Assembly: GCA_000708835.1 (NCBI GenBank)
Contig: DF237164.1
Span: forward strand, 62,001-126,000
Origin: Klebsormidium nitens
Taxonomy: Eukaryota > Plantae > Klebsormidiophyceae
Direction of reading: 5' to 3'
Length of the DNA stretch: 64,000 bases
Shown: positions 30,001 to 40,989 of the stretch, piece by piece
Layout of the letters: every line of letters starts with the position of its first letter
Numbering within the stretch: position 1 is the first letter of the stretch
Position numbers and translations under genes: made by a program
The notes under the pieces: model-generated
Seen by the model: the letters and a program-made list of their open reading frames with translations, nothing else
What the model was told of the DNA's origin: nothing
Database searches by the model: none

Positions 30001-33000
30001 GGAGAAGGAGCGATTCAACGAGATCCAGCAGGTACGGGATTGGGAGTTTTGTGTTGGGTTCGTCTGTTGATTTGAGGACTCTGTTGGGGTGCTCGAAGGG
30101 AAGGAAAGAAGCTGTTCCAAGGGGTGCTATCAGCAAGTCAACGTCTCTTCTCTCTCTGTGTTGCTGGATAAGAGGAGCGACTGAGATTGGGGCTCGAGGA
30201 AGAGAGGGGGCCAGCGTTCTGCTCGAAACGATGAAGGACCTTAGAAACGAAGAGGGACCAGCATTCCGAGAGGTATATATCCGACGATTGTTGTTTGTGA
30301 GAAGTTTTCTGCGTTTGTGAGAAGTTTTTTTGCGTTCGCCCCGCCCTTCGTCTTGTAAGATCAGGTGTTATACTGCCTCTTGCAGGAGTTGTAGGATGAA
30401 CTATGAGACGGGGTACGGAAATCTGGAATTCTCATTCAAGGGGGATGGCGCTCTCAATCTTTTTAAGCGCCATCTTAAAAGCCTATGCATATTGAATCAA
30501 ACCTGCAAGCATTCAACGGAGCGACCAGCAAGGGGGCTTGAAAGAAACTGGGGAAAGGCTTGGACAACCATCTTCTTCGGTTGCAGCTTTGTCAACCACT
30601 CGTGATCAAGTACTTTACTTTGCCAAGGAGTCGAACTCTCGGAAACCACAAATCGTGGTATCAAATACTGCAGCCAGATCCGGGAGTCTTCTGTTCCTTT
30701 CTATCTTCCCGAATTGAAAAGGCCCTGTTTTCGCCCGCGCAGGAGCTTGCCCAGCTGTCCACCCAGTTCTCCAACAACCTCCTCGACGCCACCAAGGCCT
30801 ACAAGAAGCTCCTTACAGACCCCGCCGAGATCAACGGCCTCCCGCCGTCTGCGCTCGGTCTCGCCGCGCAGACCGCCGCCGCAAACGGGCACGAGAACGC
30901 GACTGCAGGTTTCTTCCGTTTCTCTACTTTGTTGTTCTTATAATGCCGCGTCGTATTTTACAACACCTTCATCTTTACACTCTCTGTGCTTGCACCTGTA
31001 TCCACCTCCTGCACTTTGCCAGGTCGTTTACGATCTGTTTCTGCGTGTTCCTTGTGTTTTGTATTAGATTCATTACCACCGGGTTTGTTTAGCCCGATCC
31101 AATTTGAGTTGGAAAAAGCACGTTGTGCATGTGAAGCCACTACTCTGTACTGTGTGCGCTGATTTCCGTGGGTAGTTGTGCCACTTGACCGCCATCTCAC
31201 AAGCGTCTTCGTTGCTCGCGCAGAATCGGGTCCCTGGATGTTCACGCTCGACATGCCGAGCTACGTCCCGGTTCTACAACACGCGAAGAACCGCGCGCTG
31301 CGCGAGGAGATGTACCGCGCGTACTTGACGAGGGCCAGTACCGGGGACGTTGACAACACGCCGATCATCGAGAAAATTCTGGCGCTCAAGAAGGAGAAGG
31401 CGCAGCTGCTAGGGTTCGAGTGTCACGCTGACGTCAGCCTGGCGACCAAGATGGCAACGCTCGAGCGCGCGCAGGGGCTGCTGGAGGAGCTGCGCGCGGC
31501 GTCCTGGGATGCGGCGCTCAAGGTCAGTCCTAACCCCGCTTCTTAACCTTTAATTTAAAGTGTCAGATTTGCTCTCTAGTTTTTCCCGGTCATAGGTTAG
31601 TGAATGCTTTCGCAGTCGAAGTGCGGCTTCGAGGGGCTGTATGCGGGATGCGGCGGTCGAGGTTAGACCTGAGACCTGCCGTTCGGGTCGGTGTTATCAT
31701 ACCTTTGTGGTCGATTGCCGCAAGACCTTTTGTTAAGTCTCTGCGTGACGGAAGCCATTCCGTTCGTCACGTCTGACCCTCTTTTGATTTGGATTAGTAA
31801 GCCACTCAATCTCTCTTCCGCTGGCGTTCGACTGCTTGTCCTCAGCTTCTCTCGTCTTATCCTTAGTTGAATTAACCATAGCGAGGCCGGCCTTCTTTGC
31901 CCTATCCCATTTGCATATCTGTAACCATAGCGAAGCGAGGCCGACCAAAGCATGCGACGTGTTGCAAAGGTGCAGCTTCAGGTGCGAATACAATGGAGCA
32001 GCTGACTTCTGGTGGCCTTTCTAGTGATGATCTTGAGTCCAAGGAAAGAGTTCCTTCTCGGTCTACGAATTGTTAAATTGACGCAGTTCGCTTTCCGTAT
32101 AGACTATTTGGTTCCGCTTCTGCCTTTTGAATGCCTTCCTCGTAGAGCGATGATTCCTCTCACATAATCATAAGATCCATCAAAGGAACTTTTTCTTCTC
32201 CTACTATCTTTCTGCGGCTTGACCAATGCCGTCCCTCCACGTTGAAGGACCTGGAGGACCTGAAGGCGTTCGCGGCTGAGTCGGGCGCGCCCGAGGGGAG
32301 CGATCTGAAGCACTGGGACATCACGTATTGGGCGGAGCGCTTGCGGGAAGCCAAGTACAGCATCAACGACGAAGAGTTGCGGCCGTACTTCGCTCTGCCG
32401 AGCGTGCTGGAGGGCATGTTTGGGCTCGCGCACAAGCTGTTTGGGGTGACGGTCGAGGCAGCCGACGGAAAAGCGCCGGTAAGTGCTTTCTTAATCACTG
32501 TCCTATGAAACTTTCCACGTCTGAGGTTCGATGTTGTGGGACTTTTTCTGAGCTGCTGAGCGTGCTGGAGGGAATGTTCGGGCTCGCGCACATGCTGTTT
32601 GGGGTGACGGTCGAAGCGGCGGACGGAAAGGCGCCGGTGAGTGTTCATTAAATCACTGTTCAGTAAAACAAATTCTTTTATTCATTCTTGCGACTCAGGG
32701 TCGTAACTGTCGCACTGCCGAGCGTGTTGGAGGGCTTGTTTGGGCTCACGAACAAGTTGTTTGGGGTGACGGTCGAAGCAGCGGACGGGAAGGCGCCGGT
32801 AAGCTGTCCGGGGTGTCGGTTGAGCGGCCCCGGCATTATAGGGTGTTGACTGTGATTGTATAGCTTCAATTTGGTACAAACAAGCCCACGAGACTTTCTC
32901 CGTAGGTGTGTATCAATCACCTCCGCTTCTTTTCCTCACCCGGCCTCGTTTCCAAGACGCTCCAACCCCCATACATTCTGTACATCAGGCCGAATTGCGG

Positions 33001-36000
33001 TGTAAAATGTTGGCAAGTTTGTTCCAGGTTTCCCAAAAAAGGACTTTCGCTTCGTCCAACTCACCGGCCTCGTTTTAGACGCTCCAAATACCGTAACCCA
33101 GATAGCTGAGATGCGTTTCAAACGACTGGCAGCACTTGTGTTCAGGTCTGGCACAAGACGTTTGCTTCTTCCAACTCACCGGCTTTGACCTCAAAAAAGT
33201 CGTGCTAACCGGATCTGCTGGAATACGTGACCAGAGTATTTACGAACGACTCATCATTTTCTTGTTTCAGGTCTGGCACAAAGACGTGCGCTTCTTCCAA
33301 CTCACCGGCCCCGACTCCAAGCCCGCCGCCTACTTCTACCTCGACCCCTACTCCCGTCCTGCCGAGAAGCGGGGGGGTGCTTGGATGGACGAAGTGCTAG
33401 GGCGGAGCAAGCTTCTGGCCCCCCCGGGAGAGTCAGTCCGGTTACCGGTCGCCCATATGGTGTGTAACCAGACGCCTCCGGTCGGCGACCAACCGAGCTT
33501 GATGACGTTCCGGGAAGTCGAGACGCTCTTCCACGAGTTTGGGCATGCGTTGCAGGTGGGTGGTTTGACTTACGACGTTCCTTTCTTGGGTTTGCCCTAA
33601 ATCTTGAACGGTGTTGTTTTGCTTCTGGCGTTCGTGTTTCTTGGAAAAGCGTTCCTAAGTTAATTCTAGGATCTAGTCATGCAGGACTCTTGAGCAGGAA
33701 GCTGGGGGCTGCGAACTGGCAGCCATTCGAAACGCCGAAAAGTCTGCTGGGAATATCGTGTCTCTTGGTTGGACATCGCTCTGACGCTAAACCAGTTCTA
33801 ACTGCCCGGCCGCACTTGTTCACTCAGCAATACGAGGGCTGCATTGATTGCAGAAGAGACAAATTCTGTCTGTTGTAGAACCTCTCACAAACCTTGAACC
33901 AAGATCTTTCTTTCAGCCGCGACTCTGCTGCTTATTTTCGCAACATATGCTGATTCGCCATGGAGAGGCTTTGAATGCTGGCTGTTATAGGTTGTCTGCT
34001 AGAACCTGAAAAGTCTGGTACATACGGATCGAAACGTCTTCCAACGGGACATGCTCAGCTATCTTGCTGCAGCCATTTCTGCGTGAAAGATAACGGTCGC
34101 ACTTGAGGGCTATCAAAGCAAAAACCCGAAATGTTCATTCCTTCTCTGACCTGGAAAAAGGAGAGCTTCATCGAGGGCTTAAGTGAGACGTAAGTCAGTT
34201 AAGTTACGTCAGTGAATCTAATCAATGTCAGCCAAGACCAGTTAAAATCAGTAAAAGTCTACGAAGTTGGATGAAGTGAAGTGACACTTGGAACGGACTC
34301 TCTCTTCCCCACAGCACATGCTAACCCGGCAAGACGAGGGCTTCGTCGCGGGTATCCGCAACGTGGAGTGGGACGCCGTCGAGCTGCCGAGCCAGTTCAT
34401 GGAGAACTGGTGCTATCACCGGGCGACGCTCATGGGCTTCGCGCGCCATTTCGAGACGGGGGAACCGCTCCCCGAGGACATCTACAAAAAGCTGGTGACG
34501 GCCCGAACGTTCCGGGCGGCCAGCCAGATGATGCGCCAGGTAAGTAATGGACGTTTTTCGGATGATTGACTTGGTTAGTGCTTGGTTATGGTAACCGCTC
34601 CCCGAGGACATCAACCAGAAAGCTGGTGGCGGCACAGACGTTCCGGGCGGGCACTCAAATGATGCGCCAGGTGAGCGCTTTTACTTTTTTGGTATTCTTC
34701 TGCTCTGTCAGTGAATAGATTGTGCTCCGCAAATCCAGAGAGAAGGCGTATGGAAGTTGATTTGTTGCTAAAGTTCAGCGCGTCGCATCAAGGGAGCTTG
34801 ACGCTTTCAGGACATGCAGAACAGGCTACTATGGATATGCGGTCCCGACTTCGTGGATTCACGATGGGGCCTACTCTTTGGTGGAAGCCAAATTTGTGAC
34901 CAGGTCGTCTGCTTGTATTCCCTGTAATGACGTTCGTGACTATTCTGACTGGCACGGTCCGTTGACCGCGCTTTCCTCGTCCAGGTCCATTGCGAGATTG
35001 TGCGGCCAGCAAGCTTTTGCAAAGTCCGTCTGGCAAAGTTCGTTGATCGAAGACTGTCCCGCCTTGTTAAGCCTAATGTTGCGAGAAAACATGCGTCTGA
35101 TTGACGTCAAGCCTTCCTTTATTTCCCCCCGTCCACAGCGGCGTCTAGCGGCGCCTCACACAAAGTCCTCTCCCGCCTTTCCGCTTTCTTGACGACCAAA
35201 CATCTCCCCCCCTCTCCCATTTCAATGGCTACTCACAGCAAATCCTTCCCCCGTTGCAGATCCACTTCGCTTCCGTAGACCTGGACCTCCACTCCCGTTT
35301 CGCCCCAGGGGGGTCCGAGTCCGTCTTCGACGCCGACCGTCGTATCGCCCAAAAGACGATGGTCATGCCCCCCCTTCCGGAAGACCGTTTCCTCTGCGGT
35401 TTCGCCCACATCTTCGCAGGGGGTTATTCTGCCGGTTATTACAGTTACAAGTGGGCCGAGGTTTTGTCCGCTGACGCCTTTTCGGCGTTCGAGGAAGTGG
35501 GGCTGGAAAACGAGAAGCGGGTGCAAGAAACCGGGCGGCGGTTTGCGGAGACGGTGCTGGGGTTGGGCGGCGGGAAGGCGCCGCTGGAGGTGAGAAGTTG
35601 TTGACGAACTCGGTGTTGGTTTCCAGTAACTCAATTTTGGTTTCCAGTATCTCGGTTTTGGTTTCCAGTAAGCTGTGTTCCCCTGATTCAAAGCAAGATC
35701 TACCTCAATAATAAACACATTCCTGCTGATACGGAAACTGACCCTGGTTCTAAAGAGATTGCGTAGCGTCGAATTGGACGGTTCAAAACATATGAACAGG
35801 TTTGGACGGAGTGCTATGTCATTGACGGGAGCTTCCCCCGTCAGTTCCAACTCGCCCACCGTTTCGGTCACAGTTTTGGGAGCTCACAAGGACTTATGGT
35901 CCTCTGAGCAGGCAACCTTCGCAGATTGCGTGTATCTAGAAATAGCTGCGCTGCTGTCCCGGCGTGTTTGAAGCTGCCAACAGTCGATGCGAAATGATCT

Positions 36001-36201
36001 TGAGCTAAGTATGTCGGAATTCGATTGCAGTGCTCATGCACGCGAAGTTTGGATGCGTTCTTTACGTTTCCCTAAGTCTTCCAAATCAGATTAAGCTCTC
36101 GTGTTTTGGCGATGCAGGTGTTCAAGGAGTTCCGGGGAAGAGAGCCGTCGACGGAACCGTTGCTCCGACATAGTGGACTGCTGGCAACAGCGACTGCATA
36201 A
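27029..36201 (+). CDS. OOP: Organellar oligopeptidase A (peptidase M3A) with transit peptide, 798 aa, 10 exons
   Basis: Exons 27029-27436, 28322-28489, 29831-30031, 30743-30908, 31224-31522, 32248-32478, 33271-33555, 34315-34539, 35260-35589, 36118-36201; 2397 nt, in frame. Zinc motif FHEFGHALQ|HMLT split by an intron, plus [52 protein letters not shown] and FRGREPS. Ser/Ala-rich N-terminal extension of about 93 aa. Confidence 0.96.
29040..29900 (+). repeat. Tandem decaying copies of the OOP intron2/exon3 junction (acceptor plus about 70 nt of exon start)
   Basis: ttgcag|ccggaacgagtgg... recurs with exon-like starts at about 29050 (degenerate), 29314, 29499 and 29678, ahead of the functional start at 29831. 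Confidence 0.9.
32395..32825 (+). repeat. Tandem copies of the OOP exon6 3' end plus donor (about 160-bp unit, 3 copies)
   Basis: ...gagcgtgctggagggc...ggtgacggtcga...gcgccg|gt ends at 32478 (functional), 32636 (gtgagt) and 32798 (gtaagc). Confidence 0.92.
32890..33310 (+). repeat. Tandem decaying copies of the OOP intron6/exon7 junction (about 120-bp unit)
   Basis: ag|gt...cttc..ccaactcaccggc begins at 32906, 33028 and 33146, ahead of the functional start at 33271. Similarity increases toward the exon. Confidence 0.85.
34462..34676 (+). repeat. Duplicated OOP exon8 3' end plus donor
   Basis: ccgctccccgaggacatc...gatgcgccag|gt ends at 34539 (functional) and again at 34670. The intronic copy carries a 1-nt insertion. 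Confidence 0.9.
35615..35672. repeat. Three-copy, about 20-bp minisatellite (ttggtttccagta...) in OOP intron 9
   Basis: ttggtttccagta appears three times in direct tandem. Confidence 0.8.
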
Positions 36202-39200
36202 ACCTGCTGTTAGTCAAAGACAGTCTATGTATGTTCTAGGTTTTAGGGGCGATCTGCCGCTGTTGTTAGACACGCTACCACAACCCGACCTCTTAATTGG
36301 ACGCTTGACTGGAGAAAACCGGCACTTGCATGTATGAAATGTCATTCGCGCCTGGCCGTTCTCTCATGTACAGACTTCGATTGTATTGTGAGACAAGGAA
36401 TTAGCGCCATGCGAGTTCTAGTTGTACTCCCTGCAAGATGACCTGAGCGATTGAACCTGGCAACGTATTCCGTGACAGAAGTTATCGTCGAGTTAACCTC
36501 ATCTCCCGTTAAAGCGGGCCGGTTGACTATGTCCACATGGTTCCTTAGTCTCGTCGAACGCCCAGATCTAATTTTGCGCATGCTCGCCCGCTTCACGTTG
36601 CGCCTTAATTAGGAGTTTACAGCATCGAGTGCGTTATTTCAGGGTAACTGAACACGTTTGCGGCCGCCGCCGGAGCCACAGCGGTACTACCTTGTCCAAA
36701 GCGGTCCGAAAGAATCAGGCTGTCGATCGCAGATCGACTTAAGCTATGACGTACTGTCACGCCTGACTTGCATGTCGACCATTTGTTTATCCTACCTCCC
36801 ACCCTGGATCATGTCCCAACGAACGGGCCCTTATACTTTAACGACGTTCACATTTGCTTAATTCGATAAGTTGTAAGGGAGGGCTCTCTCCTAAACGACA
36901 GGTCCTATGGATCTTCTTGAAAGAGAGCAGCGCGTGCACCTGCCAGGTGGAACCTACTGTAGACGGTCTAGGTTGGGCCGCCATCACGAATGTGTTCTTC
37001 TAGCGTTCGTTACATTCAACCAAGCAACGACCCGGCGCACTGGCTATGCCTCAACTTGGTGGCTTCTGTCCAAGTCGATCCGGTTTCTTGGTCTCGCGGG
37101 CCGCTGCAAACCAGGGTAGCCACATGCAACTCTTCTCGCATGCATCTGGTTTAGAATCCTCTTGACTCGATCGGCGGCAGTGCCAACATATGCTGCACTT
37201 GCATAGCCGGGCGAGTCAGAGCCAACAGCAACCACCGTTGTCTTGTATCAAACAGCATGCTTGTAGGTACATGGTTGGTCAAGGTGTTGCCCAGGGCCAT
37301 TCAACATTCTGCATCGCTTTAGGAATCTTATTCCGACAGCAGCGTATCACTTTCCAGATTTCACACTCGTACGAAAGATGTCAAGTGTATAGAAGACGGT
37401 ACATGCAGGAGTGTTTCTGGTCTCTAACGACTCAATCTGCAACGGTTTGCATTTGCAAGCGAACAACCTCCACTACGTTACCATTTCTGAGAGTACTTAG
37501 TACGTACAAAAGATCCATCTCCTTCCAGATGACAACGAACGTCTCCTCCATGTATCCTAAACGTATCCCGATCGTCAAGAGCGTCGTCCCAAACATGCAT
37601 GTGCTCAGCTTGCGCCTGGTTGGCGCCGCCTACATCCTTGTGATGCTACGTACTCTCAGAAAGCGTGAAGAAGAAAGTCCCATCGGAGTTACGTCAAGAG
37701 AACAGCCGAAGAGCAACAGAGGTGGCGCAATCCATATGGGAGCAGAGTCGTTTCAACAGATGTACGCACCTATGAGTTCCGCCAGCGGCTCCAACAGTTG
37801 CGCAGCTTAAGCAGCACTGCGAGCAGAAAGAAAACAAGTTACAGGGAATCTACGAGATGCAAATAAATCCTCATCAAGGCCCCGTGTGAACAACGTATGT
37901 ACCTCTGCTTGTCAGCTTCACTTTCTAGATTTCTATATATCTCTCGACGAGCTTCTTCGTGACGTCAATCGTCCGCACCTTCCAGCTCGCTATGCATACC
38001 TTTCTCAATGCAATCAGGCTCGTCCTTCTTCTCAAACGCAGCCTTCTCCAATTCTTCATGTCTTCTCATGAGATGGGCGTACTTGATCTCTACTGCACAA
38101 AGAGGAAGTCTGTTGATGTTGGAAACGGGAAAAAAGTACCTCCTTCGTCTTAGAAACAGTGTCCTGCAGTCAAGTCATGTAGGAAGACCTACTCGGTACC
38201 TGAACAATTGCCTATCCGCACAAACCTTTCGGTATAAACTGCCTGACCGAAAGACTCAGACTCATAAAATTTGAAAACGAAAGGAGATAGGATGGCGGCA
38301 TAGCCTTTCCAGGGATACAGTTCAAATAGGAAAAACAGGACGAGAAAGTGGGGAGAGGCGAGAGTGCTAGATGATATAAGAATCTGAAGTGCTGGAAAAT
38401 CTGCCAAGCTGTCATGAAGGGAGAACGCTTGGTCTTTTCTACGGCACGAGTGATTTGGATGACGGTTGCCTTGACGAAATATGATGAGCAGCAAACGAGA
38501 CGGGCTGGGCAGAAGAGCGCGATGGAAATAGGGTAACAGAAATGCCATCCCTCCGACCGGCGTCTGGGTGGGAAAAAGGAAGGGCACTCCGTCACATTAG
38601 TTTGGATCCTCAGTGCAACAACCAGTCGGAAGCATTCAGCAGCTTTTGAGCAGGCTGGAAGAGACGCATAAAATACTCACATTGTGAACGTGGACGCACG
38701 TTTTCACCGGCGCGCCCCGTTCTGCCCGAGCATTCGTGTTGATGCTGGACTTTCCCTGTCGATTGGACGAGGTCGAGTGTGTCAGAAGCCGATGACTGGA
38801 ACGATCGGAGACGACAGCTAGCATGGTGGCCCGCTTCCGAAGGCTGGACAAAGGTCCAAAGAAGAGTCTGAACTTGCTTATACACGTAAGTTTTGGCTTT
38901 TAACCAGGCTGATTAGCAGACTGAGTCTCAGGTTATTGAACAAACAACTCGGCTTAACATTGTTACGGGGCTGGTTAAAGCCCATGTCTGTTTGCTGGAC
39001 ATATAACCATTCTCTGACCAGCCATAACCAGCCCCTAACCATCCATGGTTTACAGCTAGAAACTTCTCTGTTACTATGTACGAAAGGCACTAAGATGCTC
39101 GAGAAGCGCAATACCTTCATGAAGCTGGCTAATGCAAGAGACTCGCAGCCTTTATTTTGCTTGAGCAACTTAGTGGGACGACAACGTTGAATCAATCCTG

Positions 39201-40108
39201 ATGCCATGGAAAGTTACAAGACAGCAAGTCAACACCTACCTATAGGATTAGACCGGGGGCAGCAAGGATTGCAAATCCGTCCAAATAGGAACAACCTCAG
39301 TGATGACAGCGGTGTTCTGCTTTTGATGAGGGCACGAATCGAAGGCCTTTGATTGGAAGCCATCTCTACCTCACACGCACATTTGGAGCTTACCAGAATC
39401 TTCTCCCGGCAGGTCGATTCGTCTTGCAGTCCGACCGAATTGTCTCCTGAATCTGCGGTACTAGGCCCCCCGGGGCCATTGGTGGCCTTATCCAACTCCT
39501 CTGGGACTGCCTGGAAACCAAAAGACTATGAATAAGGTCAGCATGTCAAAGGTCTGCTGGCCAAGAAGAGGTTTTATAAGGTCAGGAGTACAGGTCACAA
39601 CAAGAAAGAAGTGCCACAGTGTTCAATGGATGTTGAACATGCTTGGAGCAGCAGAGAACATCAAACTGAGGTCTGACAATCTGGTAGGAATCATGACACA
39701 AGGAGTTAGATCACCTCGAATGGAACCTAGAACCGTCAAAACAAGCATACCTGAGGATGAGCTTTGGATCTGCTCATAGCAGAATGCCAAGCAGTGCAAA
39801 TCCTAGAAGTGCAAAGCGCGGTTGCATGCCTGGATCCCAATCGACCTTGGAGGCGGCATCCCTGCCCGCTCTGCGCGAGAAGAGTGATATCGACTCCAAG
39901 CTCACACGAGAGTACCGGTACTGGCAATCTGCTCTTGCTGAGGGCTTCCCTTGATCTGCAAAAATAGAAGCAAGAAGCACTGACTAGGCCAACCGCGACG
40001 TGCATGAGACTGGATCTTTGACTGCCTGTCGCATAGTGCTAGACTGCACGCATAGCTAGCTAGCGGCCCGGCGGCCGGCCGGCTGGCGGGCGGCGGCTCG
40101 ACGGCGTC

Positions 40109-40160
40109 GCGTGCGGGCAGCGAGCGGGTTTACCGCGGAGGCTTTATAATCAGGGTTTCA
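40109..40160. repeat. GC-rich dispersed repeat, copy 1 (core gcgtgcggg...gtttaccgcggagg...ggtttcaa)
   Basis: Shares its core with 43237-43277 in the same orientation, and is preceded by a very GC-rich ggcc/cggc tract at 40065-40110. Confidence 0.55.
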
Positions 40161-40989
40161 ATCGAATTTGTACGAAGTTGGTTAAGAACGTAACCCTTGA
40201 AAGAGCCCTGCCCTTCTTACCTTTCCTCCTTAGCTGTAGCCTATTGGGCGGTGCTTTCTTCTACGATTGTTGCTGTAGGTCACGTTCGCTGACCGAAACC
40301 ACCAAACAACAGCTTACATGCTCACATGCATATGCAATTCCATTCGACACGCACTATCTTAAATCTTGGACCAGCAGTCAGAATTGCTGGTCGCCAACAG
40401 GTCTGGCGGGCCGAGACCGCTGCTGGCTGGCAACTGTAGCAGTCTGGATACGCCATGCACAATGGGTACTGCTTGACCGCGTCCAACTCGCTTCAGCTCT
40501 ATAGGTCGACATTCCTTGAATTGATGCACGTGGGCCCCGGATGCTCATGGGCTCCCCTCCTTTCGACGCAAGGCCGCGGACACTACTCGCAGAAAACACG
40601 TGTACTCACCAGAAATAGATCTATTTGCACTCCCCGCCACATGCCACGAACGTACGTATTTCAGGTGAGGCCTCAGAACCTTCAAGGGCTGGACTTCTCT
40701 AAACCGTGTCTAGTCATTCAAGGTCTTTCGCACAAGACATCATGTAAGTGAATGGATTTCACGGTCGTCCAGCGCCAGAAGCTGATTCACCGTCTACATG
40801 TTCAATCAGTCAAACAGAAACCAGGTTGAGACGCAATCAAGTCCCCTATATAACGTTTACTATAATAAGAGTCGACCTTTGTGACGTGTCCTTTGAAAGT
40901 AGTATGGGTCTATGTCCTGTTGTAGTTGTTGCATTTTGCCGTAAAGACAGCTCCCCTACTGTACGCATCTCGGACTCTGACTTTTGCCA

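Noticed and set aside
29040-33310. Regularly spaced repeats superficially like a CRISPR array
   Set aside because: The units are degenerate copies of adjacent exon ends in a eukaryotic intron, with no constant repeat plus unique spacer structure and no cas genes.
37190-37810. 206-aa plus-strand ORF
   Set aside because: No recognisable family, atypical composition and no clear splice context; kept only as part of the unexplained region.
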